Positions 50,976 through 60,732 of a stretch of DNA of 64,000 bases are shown piece after piece. The notes under the pieces are model-generated. The model saw nothing but the letters and a program-made list of their open reading frames with translations. It did no database searches and was not told where the DNA came from. Both the position numbers and the translations under genes were made by a program. Each line of letters opens with the position of its first letter. Positions within the stretch are counted from its first letter, which is position 1. Source of the stretch: Candidatus Thalassarchaeaceae archaeon (lineage in GTDB: Archaea; Thermoplasmatota; Poseidoniia; Poseidoniales; Thalassarchaeaceae); the NCBI GenBank assembly GCA_045568115.1, contig JBJLBO010000001.1:82213-146212 (forward strand). The letters are read 5' to 3'.

Positions 50976-52460
50976 TCAGTCAGTAAGTGGATGGCGAAGC
51001 ACTAAACTTCTAGCAGCTAGAACTTCATCAACTCTACGAACCTTAGTGTCGTGTGGTGCTGTTGTGACAATTTCTGGATCTTCTGCCAGAATTGTGAGAA
51101 AATCTTTCGCGAATTTGTCTAAAACTTCCTTTGATTCAGTCTCAGTTGGTTCAATCATTAGGCACTCCGGAACTATCATTGGGAAATACAGAGTTGGAGA
51201 CATGTAGCCATAATCGAGCAATCTTTTTGCTACATCTTTACCTGAAACTCCTACAGCATCCTTCAGAGGAGTCATGGACAACGTGAATTCATGTTTCACT
51301 ACATCTGCTGGCGCTCCATCTAATGGCATTGCATGGACTCCTTCAGCGCCCTGCATTATCCGGTGACGGAGGTAATTCGCATTGAGGACAGCATGTTCGC
51401 TCATCTTCTCTAGTTCACGTCCATACCTACGATAGAAGGCCCAAGAACGGATTACTGCGCCGGCATTCCCATGCCATTGTTGAACCTTGCCGATGCTTTT
51501 TTCAGGAGTTCTCCAGAAGTAACGGAACCCATCTCCAACAATACCCCCTCCTTCAGTCTCCTCACGATCAGCCACAGGAGCAGGTAGGTATGCTGCGAGA
51601 TGTGACTTGACACCTATCGGTCCACTACCAGGACCACCTCCTCCGTGAGGCTGACTGAAGGTTTTGTGAAGATTGTAGTGTACCGCATCGAATCCCATCC
51701 GGCCGGGATCTGTTTTGCCAAGTATCGCATTGAAGTTGGCTCCGTCGTAATACATTTGACCACCGGCAGCGTGAACTATCTCAGCAGCTTGTGCAATCTC
51801 AGGCTCAAATATCCCTAATGTGTTAGGATTGGTAACCATCATCGCGGCAGTATCATCCCCAACTGCAGCTCCCAAAGCATCCAAGTCTAACCGGCCATCA
51901 GATCCACTTGGTATCTCAATTACCTCATATCCGCACATTGCTGCAGATGCGGGATTAGTTCCGTGAGCAGAATCAGGAACGATGACTTTGTCTCTATGAC
52001 CCTCACCAATGTCACGGTGGTATTCTTGAATACATCTAATTGCAGCAAACTCGCCTTGAGCGCCAGCAACTGGTTGCAACGTGACTTGATCCATTCCAGC
52101 ACATATCTCAAGCATCTCTTGCATCTCAAAGAAGATAGCGAGCAAACCTTGGATTTGATGCTCTGGTTGTAATGGATGAATCCGATCAATACCTGGAAGG
52201 TTAACAATTCTCTCGTTAACTCTGGGGTTGTGTTTCATTGTGCACGAACCCAATGGATAGAAACCTGTATCTATTCCGAAGTTTCTCTGTGAAAGCCATG
52301 TATAGTGCCTGACGAGTTCCGGTTCACTAGCCCTTGGCCATTCAGGAAGTTTTGATCTGCGTAGAGAAATTGGGATTGTTTTTTCTGCGCCTTCAAACAT
52401 AGGAGGGGGCTGAGACCACCCACTTCCAGCCGCTCCATTGAATTCGTAGATATCGCTCAA
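50976..52460 (-). CDS. gcvPB: Glycine dehydrogenase (decarboxylating) subunit 2 (P-protein C-terminal half)
   Basis: GSCTMKHNP motif. PLP-fold colinearity. 4-nt ATGA overlap with gcvPA. Confidence 0.9.
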   Translation of the reverse strand: MSDIYEFNGAAGSGWSQPPPMFEGAEKTIPISLRRSKLPEWPRASEPELVRHYTWLSQRNFGIDTGFYPLGSCTMKHNPRVNERIVNLPGIDRIHPLQPEHQIQGLLAIFFEMQEMLEICAGMDQVTLQPVAGAQGEFAAIRCIQEYHRDIGEGHRDKVIVPDSAHGTNPASAAMCGYEVIEIPSGSDGRLDLDALGAAVGDDTAAMMVTNPNTLGIFEPEIAQAAEIVHAAGGQMYYDGANFNAILGKTDPGRMGFDAVHYNLHKTFSQPHGGGGPGSGPIGVKSHLAAYLPAPVADREETEGGGIVGDGFRYFWRTPEKSIGKVQQWHGNAGAVIRSWAFYRRYGRELEKMSEHAVLNANYLRHRIMQGAEGVHAMPLDGAPADVVKHEFTLSMTPLKDAVGVSGKDVAKRLLDYGYMSPTLYFPMIVPECLMIEPTETESKEVLDKFAKDFLTILAEDPEIVTTAPHDTKVRRVDEVLAARSLVLRHPLTD

Positions 52461-53824
52461 GAAACCACCTCCTCAATCCAAGAACTGAGTGCATCAACTA
52501 ATGCATCAATATCTGACTTACTAGTTCTTTCATCGCAACCAATTAGAAGGTGTGAAGACTTCGAGTTCCACCATTCTCCAATATCGAAGCCACCCAGAAC
52601 TCCTCTATCATCCATGAATAATAGAGCATCACTGGCGAGACCTGGTAATTTGACAGAAAATTCTCTGAAATTAGGCATACTAGGAGATACTAGTTCGACA
52701 TTTTCAATTGAAGAAATTGCTTTCTTTGCTGCCTCTGTGGATGCTGCCACACGTAATGCTAGACGCTCTAGACCTTCGGGTCCTAAGAGAGCCATGTGCA
52801 TAGCACCCATCAAAGCGATTAATGTTTCATTAGAACAAATGTTTGAAGTTGCACGATGACGACGAATATGTTGTTCACGTGTTGAAAGAGTCAGTGTGAA
52901 AGCATCACGTCCATCCTCATCCAGAGTCTTTCCAACAATACGACCGGGCATCTGGCGAAGGTACTCCATATTACAGGCGAATAATCCGTAAATTGGCCCA
53001 CCAGCGGTTGGACCGATTCCGAAAGGCTGGCCCTCTCCAACAACAATATCCGCCCCATAATTCCCAGGTGCCTCAACAATACCTAGCGATACCGCATCAA
53101 CACCAACGATTAACGCGGTATGCTCTCCTATGATTTCCTTCAATTGTGTGATTCCCTCATCTAACTGGCCAAAGGCATTGGGCTGCTCAACATATACAGC
53201 GCAAGCACCGGCTGCAACATGTGCAGCCTCAAGATCAATTTGGCCGTCTTCGCCATGCTCAAGAATACGCAATTCAATTCCACCGCCTTGTGTGTAATTC
53301 TCAATCACTGAAAATCGGTGAGGTGGTACAAACTGTGAAACATAAACAACTCCTTTTTGCTCGGCCTTACGACCCTTGACTCTGACCGCACAGGTGATTG
53401 CTTCTGCGGCTGATGTGCTGGCATCATACATCGAGACATTGGATACAGGAAGAGCAACTAATTCTGAAATCATTGTTTGGAACTCCCACATAGCCTGTAG
53501 CATTCCTTGAGATACTTCTGGTTGGTAAGGAGTGTAAGCCGTAAGGAACTCTCCTCTAGTGGCTAACATCCCAACCATAGTAGGAACAAAGTTTCGAGCC
53601 AATCCAGTTGATAGAAATGATGGGCGTGAATCTAAGTCGATGTTTACCCCCAACAAACGTTGTGCATCAGCTAGAATTTCCTCCTCTGATTGAGGCTCGG
53701 GTAATGGAAGAACTTCAGTTCTGCGAACCTCCTCAGGGATGTCCGAGAATAAATCATCAATGGATGAAAGACCCATCTCTTTCAGCATCTCATTCTCGCG
53801 ACCTAGATTCGGAAGTTGGTCCAT
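52457..53824 (-). CDS. gcvPA: Glycine dehydrogenase (decarboxylating) subunit 1 (P-protein N-terminal half)
   Basis: FLGAG-like region LSTGLARNFVPTMV ... TAYTPYQPEVSQGMLQAMWEFQTMI, typical of GcvPA. Confidence 0.9.
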   Translation of the reverse strand: MDQLPNLGRENEMLKEMGLSSIDDLFSDIPEEVRRTEVLPLPEPQSEEEILADAQRLLGVNIDLDSRPSFLSTGLARNFVPTMVGMLATRGEFLTAYTPYQPEVSQGMLQAMWEFQTMISELVALPVSNVSMYDASTSAAEAITCAVRVKGRKAEQKGVVYVSQFVPPHRFSVIENYTQGGGIELRILEHGEDGQIDLEAAHVAAGACAVYVEQPNAFGQLDEGITQLKEIIGEHTALIVGVDAVSLGIVEAPGNYGADIVVGEGQPFGIGPTAGGPIYGLFACNMEYLRQMPGRIVGKTLDEDGRDAFTLTLSTREQHIRRHRATSNICSNETLIALMGAMHMALLGPEGLERLALRVAASTEAAKKAISSIENVELVSPSMPNFREFSVKLPGLASDALLFMDDRGVLGGFDIGEWWNSKSSHLLIGCDERTSKSDIDALVDALSSWIEEVVS

Positions 53825-53954
53825 GAGAGAGCACCTGAGCGCCTTAGGCGAGTCCTCTGTGGCATAACGAGTGCTTCAATAGTTCTACGAGCAAATCAAC
53901 ACCTTCACCAGAAACACTCTTAGGTCTGAAGAAGGAGAGAGTATTAGTGATGGA

Positions 53955-54800
53955 ATGAAGGTAGCAGTCAGCGCCCCCGACCACTTTGTTGCTCCGTACA
54001 TCATGGAGATGCTTGGAGACTCTGCCGTTCCAATCACTGCAGAGGCAATGGAAAACACTCTTGTTCTAGATGCATTGCTCACTTCTTGTAATGCGATTAT
54101 CCACATTAACTCAAAGCCAGCAGATGGCTCACTTGGTAGAGATGACCGAGAAATTCTTCTGAAAATGAGAGAACAATCACGGCCTATTCTTGAAGCAGTA
54201 AACAGGCATGGTGAGTTGCACCTAATCATCGTTGGAACACTCAGAGTTCACCCACAATGGACACCTGGCGAACCCTACTATGGTTACGACTCAACCCTTG
54301 CACCACGAGATGTAGCAGCCGAGGGACAATTATGGATGGAAGAAGCGGCTCTCGAGAGAGCACAGGCAGAACGGCCAGTTAGTATCATTCGGGCATCAAA
54401 TGTACAAGGAGTATTATTGGATGGCTCTGAGGCTAATGGACTTCTGCACAGATGGTCTATGGAATCAATGATGGGATGGGTAAATGTCCCTGGTGACGGA
54501 AACGGAATCAAAGATTTTGTTCATGTACAAGATTTGGTTGCAGTTATTGGTGCCGTCTTAGAAAACCCCCCTCCTACTAGAGAGAGCATGTCTGTTGGTT
54601 CTGGAAAAGGAATATCAATGCTAGATCTAGCGGCAATTTACAATCAAAAAACCGGCTGTGAAACCGAATTAGCACAGGACGAGTCACAAGAGGTTTTCGG
54701 AGTTGTTGACGCTAGAGATTTAGAAATGAGATTGGGGTTCTCCCCTCAGATTAGTCTCGATGAAATGATTGAAGAAGCATTTGAATTCGCAGGTCACTGA
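53955..54800 (+). CDS. NAD-dependent epimerase/dehydratase-like Rossmann protein, apparently degenerate (no GxxGxxG, catalytic YxxxK Lys missing)
   Basis: IIRASNVQG (~ LRxxNVYG) and DFVHVQDLVAVI (~ DFIHVDDLVEAI) blocks. The N-terminus reads MKVAVSAPDHFVAPYI instead of a glycine loop. Confidence 0.4.
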   Translation: MKVAVSAPDHFVAPYIMEMLGDSAVPITAEAMENTLVLDALLTSCNAIIHINSKPADGSLGRDDREILLKMREQSRPILEAVNRHGELHLIIVGTLRVHPQWTPGEPYYGYDSTLAPRDVAAEGQLWMEEAALERAQAERPVSIIRASNVQGVLLDGSEANGLLHRWSMESMMGWVNVPGDGNGIKDFVHVQDLVAVIGAVLENPPPTRESMSVGSGKGISMLDLAAIYNQKTGCETELAQDESQEVFGVVDARDLEMRLGFSPQISLDEMIEEAFEFAGH

Positions 54801-56740
54801 GCGTTAAGCTCTAGTCTTTTGCGAATCCCATTCCATTTGTGAACACTAACAACTATTGCAAGTTCACTATGTGAGCGAATATCACTGACGTCATAATCTG
54901 GTTTCAAGTGAATCTCGACTTCACCCACTCCGTCTATCTTTCCAATAACAGTTTGACCGCCTCGATATGCATCATCAAGACCAATTGAAAAGGTCCTCTC
55001 TATTTTTTCAACTTGTAACATAACAGAAGTTTCCTTACCTTCTGTTTCAGCAATAATTGCCTGTTGGTCATTCAAGAATCTAGCTTCATTGAGGATAGTA
55101 GAAACTTGTGAAAGGTCCAGTGAAGAGGCCTCAGATACTACAGAAGTGGAGGGATCAGGTGTTTCAGAAATTACAGAACTTGATACAGAAGAACCCGTGA
55201 CTTCTTGTCTCGATTTGCTGCGAGAATAAACCTCGGGAGAATCGGGAACCGAAACGCGATCAGGGACATTGACTCGATCTGGAGTTTCTACGTGATGTTT
55301 ATTATGCCACTCAGATGATGATTCCTGACTCGGAGTTTCTACCTTATGAGTATCATGCCATTCCTGAGAGGATTGATATCTAGATTCCGCGCTGCCTCTG
55401 ATTTCTCCGACTGCTGTTTCAACAGTTCGATCAGCAACATTTCTAATCACAGCATCAACTGCAGCTTCCTGAGGCGTCTGCATGTCTATGCTTGTCGAAT
55501 TCGCAACAATCGCCGCAGTTGTCCCTCCAACAAGACCCGCTACTGCGGCCCCCTTAGCCAAATCTGCCGCTTCGGGTATATGAGCTCGCGTAGCCAATAC
55601 CATTTCTTCTGCCTTTTCAGCCCAAATATTCCGTGCTGATGCTTGCATAAAGAAGGGGAGTTTTTGGATTCTTTCTTCGACATGGAAATCAGCAACTTGC
55701 CTCGCCTCTTGTATGGTTAATTCAGGATTATTAGCCACTGCCTCCACTCTTAATGCAATATCACTGACAAAATTCTCTTCGGAAAAATTCTCATTCAATG
55801 ATTCAACTGGAGCAAGAAGAGGCACCACATTGAATTCCACATATGCCAACTCACTCCCACCCTCATCCTTGTCATGAAGTCTAATAGTCCAATCACCCAA
55901 CCCTGGATTAGGGAATGAAAATTCTCCAATTGTTGCCCCTTGAAGGTACTTGTAACTAACATCATGCTCGTCATTCACAGCCTCATCACCATGTGGAATT
56001 TCAGCAGGAATGACCCCAATCCAAGCATCATGAGACATCTCAGGGACTGTGAAATCAAGGACTATTTCTTCATTAGAATAAAAGTTAGATTTGGCGATTT
56101 CAAGGCGAATTGCGGATGTATTTTCATCACTAGCCTCTGAGGGGCTGACGGTTGGCTCATCTCCAGTCATACTAATTGTTAATTGTCCAACTCCAACCCA
56201 TCTTCTAGTTCCAATTGGAATTTTTCCACCTGATGCTCTAGTCCATCCACCACGATACCAATCGTTGTGGCCATCTTGTTCACGGTCATCAAGATTCCAA
56301 GAACTGGCTGAAGTATTAGCATTTGTGAAATACATTCGATTACCATTTGATTTCTTGAACCACGGCATGCCATTTATCAGGTCTGATTGTCTCGAATAAG
56401 AACCATTGTAGGCCGGATTAGAATGACCTGAAATTTGTATGCCGCCAACTTCTCCTTCAGCCACAGGAGAATCCCCCCGATCGATTAATGCGTACAATTC
56501 TGCTAATTCTAGAGAACCATTATTGTCACCATCTAGAACACCAAATACAGCACGAATTATTGGTTCTGGAGCACTTTGTCCTGTAATCGCAGATAATGCT
56601 GTTCGAAATTCTTGAAGATCTAGAGAACCGTTTCCATCGGCATCATACTTTTCAAATACCATTTCTGCAGTATATCCCTTATCTGCTAGAATTTCCTGAA
56701 GCTTTTTGATAGCAACTGCTTCGAAATTTCGGCTTGCCAT
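54794..56740 (-). CDS. Cytoplasmic protein with an N-terminal EF-hand pair, a low-complexity region with short tandem repeats, and a conserved-looking C-terminal ~90-aa domain
   Basis: Two canonical 12-residue EF loops, DADGNGSLDLQE and DGDNNGSLELAE (DxDxNGxLxxxE). Repeats SQEWHDTHKVETP / SSEWHNKHHVETP and DRVNVPDRVSVPD. No signal peptide. Confidence 0.6.
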   Translation of the reverse strand: MASRNFEAVAIKKLQEILADKGYTAEMVFEKYDADGNGSLDLQEFRTALSAITGQSAPEPIIRAVFGVLDGDNNGSLELAELYALIDRGDSPVAEGEVGGIQISGHSNPAYNGSYSRQSDLINGMPWFKKSNGNRMYFTNANTSASSWNLDDREQDGHNDWYRGGWTRASGGKIPIGTRRWVGVGQLTISMTGDEPTVSPSEASDENTSAIRLEIAKSNFYSNEEIVLDFTVPEMSHDAWIGVIPAEIPHGDEAVNDEHDVSYKYLQGATIGEFSFPNPGLGDWTIRLHDKDEGGSELAYVEFNVVPLLAPVESLNENFSEENFVSDIALRVEAVANNPELTIQEARQVADFHVEERIQKLPFFMQASARNIWAEKAEEMVLATRAHIPEAADLAKGAAVAGLVGGTTAAIVANSTSIDMQTPQEAAVDAVIRNVADRTVETAVGEIRGSAESRYQSSQEWHDTHKVETPSQESSSEWHNKHHVETPDRVNVPDRVSVPDSPEVYSRSKSRQEVTGSSVSSSVISETPDPSTSVVSEASSLDLSQVSTILNEARFLNDQQAIIAETEGKETSVMLQVEKIERTFSIGLDDAYRGGQTVIGKIDGVGEVEIHLKPDYDVSDIRSHSELAIVVSVHKWNGIRKRLELNAQ

Positions 56741-56812
56741 GACTACTTCTCCGATGTTCTGTATACCCTTCTACCCAATAGCATTACGCCGTCACCGTTG
56801 TAAAAATAATTA

Positions 56813-57964
56813 CTAAACAAAAGGAGGTTGTACGACTTCAGCCCTTACTCTACGGCGAGAACTGGCCTGAATCCAAACTTCATCGCCCACTTGCACATCA
56901 TCAAGATATGCCATAGCAATCCCAGTTCTGGATAAAGATGGAGACGGCCCTCCACTTGTTACATACCCAACTAGTATTGAATCATCAGAATCGGATTTTA
57001 AAACGCGATGGCCAAGGCGTGGAGAAGGACCTCTATCAAGGCATTTCAGACCACGCCAACGTGAGCCAGATTCAAGAGATTCTGCAACGCGTTGACGGCC
57101 TACAAAATCATGCTCCATATCCAAACCGAATGGAACAGCGGTCTCAGCTGTGTCACGAGATAGGAAATTACTGGGCAGAGATTCGTCTTCATGTAATCCC
57201 AAACCGGGCCAGAGAAAATCTTGCCCCGATAGTAAATATCCCTTTTCTAACCGAAGAGTATCTCTTGCTCCAAGTCCTACAGGAACAAGCCCATGTGACT
57301 TTCCACCCTCAATTAAAGCACTCCAGAGTTTAGGGGCCTGTTCATTTGGAACAAAAATCTCAACACCCTTCTCACCCGTATATCCAGTACCCTGAATCCA
57401 TCCACTTACACCCAAATCATTAACCATAATCTCACTACATTTGAATCGGCCAACCATATTTTCTTGGCCAAGGACTTCACCAATTATAGCAGGTGCTGTA
57501 GGGCCTTGGACTGCGATGATACTGGTTTGATCTGACAAATCAACAATCTCAACAGAGCCATCCTTTGGTAGTAATTTTTGAAACCAATCCCACATAGTAG
57601 ATATCATCGAGGCATTTGGAACCCCAAGTATTTCTGAATCCGATTTCACAGCGAATATCATATCGTCAATTATTCGACCATCATGATCGAGGAAATGTGT
57701 ATAGCCACAACGAGAAGGAGTGAAGGAAGATATTCGCTGAGTTGAAATATCCTCAAGCCAATCAGAGACTTTGGAGCCTTTGAATGCGAAGAAACCCATA
57801 TGCGACACATCAAACATCCCTGCAGCAGAACGGCAAGAGAGATGTTCTTCCTGGATTGAAGAATACCAAATCGGCAATTCAAAACCATGGAAATCTACGA
57901 GCTTCGCACCCGCTTCCACATGGCAATCAAACAATGCTGTGCGCACCGGGTTACCGCTCGTCAC
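56813..57964 (-). CDS. gcvT: Aminomethyltransferase (glycine cleavage system T protein)
   Basis: N-terminal RTALFDCHVEAGAKLVDFHGFELPIWYSSIQEEHLSCRSAAGMFDVSHMG, typical of GcvT. Confidence 0.9.
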   Translation of the reverse strand: MTSGNPVRTALFDCHVEAGAKLVDFHGFELPIWYSSIQEEHLSCRSAAGMFDVSHMGFFAFKGSKVSDWLEDISTQRISSFTPSRCGYTHFLDHDGRIIDDMIFAVKSDSEILGVPNASMISTMWDWFQKLLPKDGSVEIVDLSDQTSIIAVQGPTAPAIIGEVLGQENMVGRFKCSEIMVNDLGVSGWIQGTGYTGEKGVEIFVPNEQAPKLWSALIEGGKSHGLVPVGLGARDTLRLEKGYLLSGQDFLWPGLGLHEDESLPSNFLSRDTAETAVPFGLDMEHDFVGRQRVAESLESGSRWRGLKCLDRGPSPRLGHRVLKSDSDDSILVGYVTSGGPSPSLSRTGIAMAYLDDVQVGDEVWIQASSRRRVRAEVVQPPFV

Positions 57965-58031
57965 GAACTAAACCAACCACAACAGGTGCAAGAATGGTTC
58001 GGGAAGACAACTTCGGTTCAATATCATTATT

Positions 58032-59129
58032 TTGAAGACAAGAGGAATAAACATGAGGGAGTTAGTATTAAATAATAGAAGCCCTACTATACAACTGCGA
58101 GTTGATAAGATGGAAAGACGTACTAAGAGCCGGGGCGCACGAAAGAAGAGCACTTCTACAGCCACTAATAGGAGAGAAGAGTTCTCTCCTAGTTCTAGGC
58201 CATCTCGTGCACGAAACACCGAAGCTGTGTCTGGTGCATGCAAAATTTGTGCAAGTGATGAATGGGATACTGATGTCACCCGTGGTGAAACCACATGTTC
58301 AGTTTGCGGATATGTTGCTGCAGAGAATATGATTGACCCCGGTGCTGAATGGGTCAACCACTCACAAGGTACAGATCGTAGCCGGGTTGGAGCGCCCACG
58401 ACACTTACTCTCTCAGACAAAGGCCTCTCAAGTGAAATTAGTCGAATTGACCTGACTTCAGGTGCTGCCAAGCGTCATGGAATGAGTGGGAAGCAAGCTA
58501 GAGAGTGGAGGCGACGTCAGCGAATTGATCAGCGTAGTAAGACTCGTGATTCAAGGGCACGTAATTTGACGAAGGCTATGCAATTTATCCGCGATCGTGG
58601 AAACTTACCGCCTCAAATCGAACAGCAGGCGGCTTCTCTATATCGGAAATCGGTAGAAAATGGCTTAGTTACTGGGAGAAGTATTCGTGGAGTTTCTGCT
58701 GCTTGTGTTTACATTGCTGCTAGAGAAGCGAAAATCCCGAGGCGTATTGAAGACATTGGCGAAGCATTTGACATGCGAAGTGAAGTCGAAGAAAAGGAAT
58801 TGAAGCGGACTATTCGATTGGTTGCCCGTAATTTAGGGACACATCACATAACTGGTCCTGAAGAATACTTTGAGAGATTTCACTCAGAATTGCAGCTACC
58901 TCCTTCAGTTTTAGGAGCTACTCGAGACATTTGGAAGAAAGTCGGAGAGAATCTTTCTTGGCAAGGCAAAAAGCCCTCCGGTATTGCTGGTGTGATTCTT
59001 TACAGAGCTTCACAAGAAAGTACATCACCACGTACTCAAAGTGAAGTATGCAAGGTTTCTGGGATTAGTGAAGTCACCCTTAGAGGGCTGCTCAAGATTC
59101 TCAATGAATTATACCCTTCAGCAGTCTAG
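58032..59129 (+). CDS. tfb: Transcription initiation factor IIB (TFB) with a 40-67-aa basic Ser/Arg-rich N-terminal extension before the Zn-ribbon
   Basis: Zn-ribbon CKICASDEW...TTCSVCG. B-reader/linker. Two cyclin-fold repeats (QFIRDRGNLP..., SGIAGVILYRASQES...). Confidence 0.9.
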   Translation: MKTRGINMRELVLNNRSPTIQLRVDKMERRTKSRGARKKSTSTATNRREEFSPSSRPSRARNTEAVSGACKICASDEWDTDVTRGETTCSVCGYVAAENMIDPGAEWVNHSQGTDRSRVGAPTTLTLSDKGLSSEISRIDLTSGAAKRHGMSGKQAREWRRRQRIDQRSKTRDSRARNLTKAMQFIRDRGNLPPQIEQQAASLYRKSVENGLVTGRSIRGVSAACVYIAAREAKIPRRIEDIGEAFDMRSEVEEKELKRTIRLVARNLGTHHITGPEEYFERFHSELQLPPSVLGATRDIWKKVGENLSWQGKKPSGIAGVILYRASQESTSPRTQSEVCKVSGISEVTLRGLLKILNELYPSAV

Positions 59130-59145
59130 TTATGGCATTGACGTC

Positions 59146-60690
59146 TCAATTATAAGATGGTTTTCGGATTTCATCAAACCAAGTGTTAACACCATTCCAA
59201 TCTGGTTCAACGCCCATATCCGCACAAATCATCTTAGCAGAGATTCGGCCACTTTCAAAAATAGTTGGAAGGCCGCTGCCTGGATGAGTGCCACCACCTA
59301 CTAGATACAATTGATTTAATTCTTCAAATTTATTCTGCGGGCGACGCCATAACATCTGATCAAGCCCATGTGCGAGATTGAAAACAGCACCTTTGTAGAT
59401 ATCTCTAGATGCCCAATCATCAGGAGTAATGATGGTTTCAGAAATAATATGTTGATTGAGATTTGGGAAACCCAATTTCTCCATCTGCCTGATTATTAAA
59501 TCTCTATATTCATGCTTAATTTCTTTCCAATTTATAGTAGGATGTGTGTTACAAATCGGTACTAGAACATAGAGGGTAGAATGGCCTTCTGGAGCTAGGG
59601 ATGAGTCAGTGACACATGCGTTTTGAACGTATAAGGAAGGGTCATCCCAAGTGACTTTATGCTCAGTAATATCTTGCAAATTTCCTTGGTAATCCTTAGA
59701 GGCATATATCTGATGGTGAGGTGTGTCAAACTTCTTGTCTATCCCCAAATAAAGCATAAATGTAGAACAGGAATATGACTTCTGTTCCAATTTTTCATCA
59801 GACCATCGACGACGAAGGGCATCTGGAATCAAACCTTTCATCCCAGTCGCAAAATCAACATTCATGACAAATCTATCAGCAGTATAATCACCATTATCAG
59901 TTCTTGCTCCGATTACCTTCTTACCATCAAAAATGAATTTTGTAACAGGTTCATTCAGTATTATTTCAACACCCATGTCTCGCGCGATTTTAGCCATTTT
60001 TTCAGTGATTGTACCTAGCCCTCCCTTTGCATGAAATATTCCATGTTCATATTCAAGATAGGCTAGAATTGTGAATAAACTAGGAGCTTGGAATGGACTC
60101 ATGCCTAGATATTTTGTTTGGAATGACATCGCTAACTGAAGTCTCTCATCGGTGAATGATTTGGAAAGGTCAGATGAAACACTTCTCCATGGCCTTAGTA
60201 CCTTTGAGACACGTAATGCCCTACGGCTAAGTAAATCGGAAGGGCCACTCCAAGGAGTGTTAAGGCAATTCTTCGATAATCGAAGTTTCCTTCTATTATC
60301 CTCAATATATGATAGGAACCCATTAGCCTCTTTTTCCCCACACAACTGGCTTATCTGTTCAGTCATCGAATCTAGATTTGTGGTTGCGTCAAGGCTTCCT
60401 CCTGCACCGAAAATAATTCGATAATTTGGATCAAGAGGAATAAGTCCCAATTCATCATGGGCATCAAGACCTATTGCTTGAAATATTTCTTCAATGATTT
60501 CTGTATAGTGAAAGAATGTAGGCCCTGTGTCAAACCTATAATTATCCTTCTCAAATACTCGTGTCCGACCACCGACGCCATCTGATTTCTCAAGTATAGT
60601 CACCTTGATACCTGCTTTCGCTAAGAGTAATGAGCAAGCCAGACCACCAGGTCCTGCTCCAACAATCAACACATCACGGCTCGTGGACAC
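59146..60690 (-). CDS. Phytoene-desaturase-family FAD-dependent oxidoreductase (CrtI/CrtD-like); apparent GTG start
   Basis: N-terminal dinucleotide-binding VLIVGAGPGGLACSLLLAKAGIKVTILEKSDGVGGR...FDTGPT. 514 aa, the length typical of CrtI. Confidence 0.7.
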   Translation of the reverse strand: MSTSRDVLIVGAGPGGLACSLLLAKAGIKVTILEKSDGVGGRTRVFEKDNYRFDTGPTFFHYTEIIEEIFQAIGLDAHDELGLIPLDPNYRIIFGAGGSLDATTNLDSMTEQISQLCGEKEANGFLSYIEDNRRKLRLSKNCLNTPWSGPSDLLSRRALRVSKVLRPWRSVSSDLSKSFTDERLQLAMSFQTKYLGMSPFQAPSLFTILAYLEYEHGIFHAKGGLGTITEKMAKIARDMGVEIILNEPVTKFIFDGKKVIGARTDNGDYTADRFVMNVDFATGMKGLIPDALRRRWSDEKLEQKSYSCSTFMLYLGIDKKFDTPHHQIYASKDYQGNLQDITEHKVTWDDPSLYVQNACVTDSSLAPEGHSTLYVLVPICNTHPTINWKEIKHEYRDLIIRQMEKLGFPNLNQHIISETIITPDDWASRDIYKGAVFNLAHGLDQMLWRRPQNKFEELNQLYLVGGGTHPGSGLPTIFESGRISAKMICADMGVEPDWNGVNTWFDEIRKPSYN

Positions 60691-60721
60691 CCCCCCTCTG
60701 AAGCATGGCGAGAGAGGGGGG
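60691..60721 (-). other. GC-rich hairpin (CCCCCCTCT ... AGAGGGGGG, 9-bp stem, 13-nt loop) between the tRNA-Ala 3' end and the GTG start of the CrtI-like gene
   Basis: Read directly from the sequence. Confidence 0.4.
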
Positions 60722-60732
60722 ATTTGTAATCA

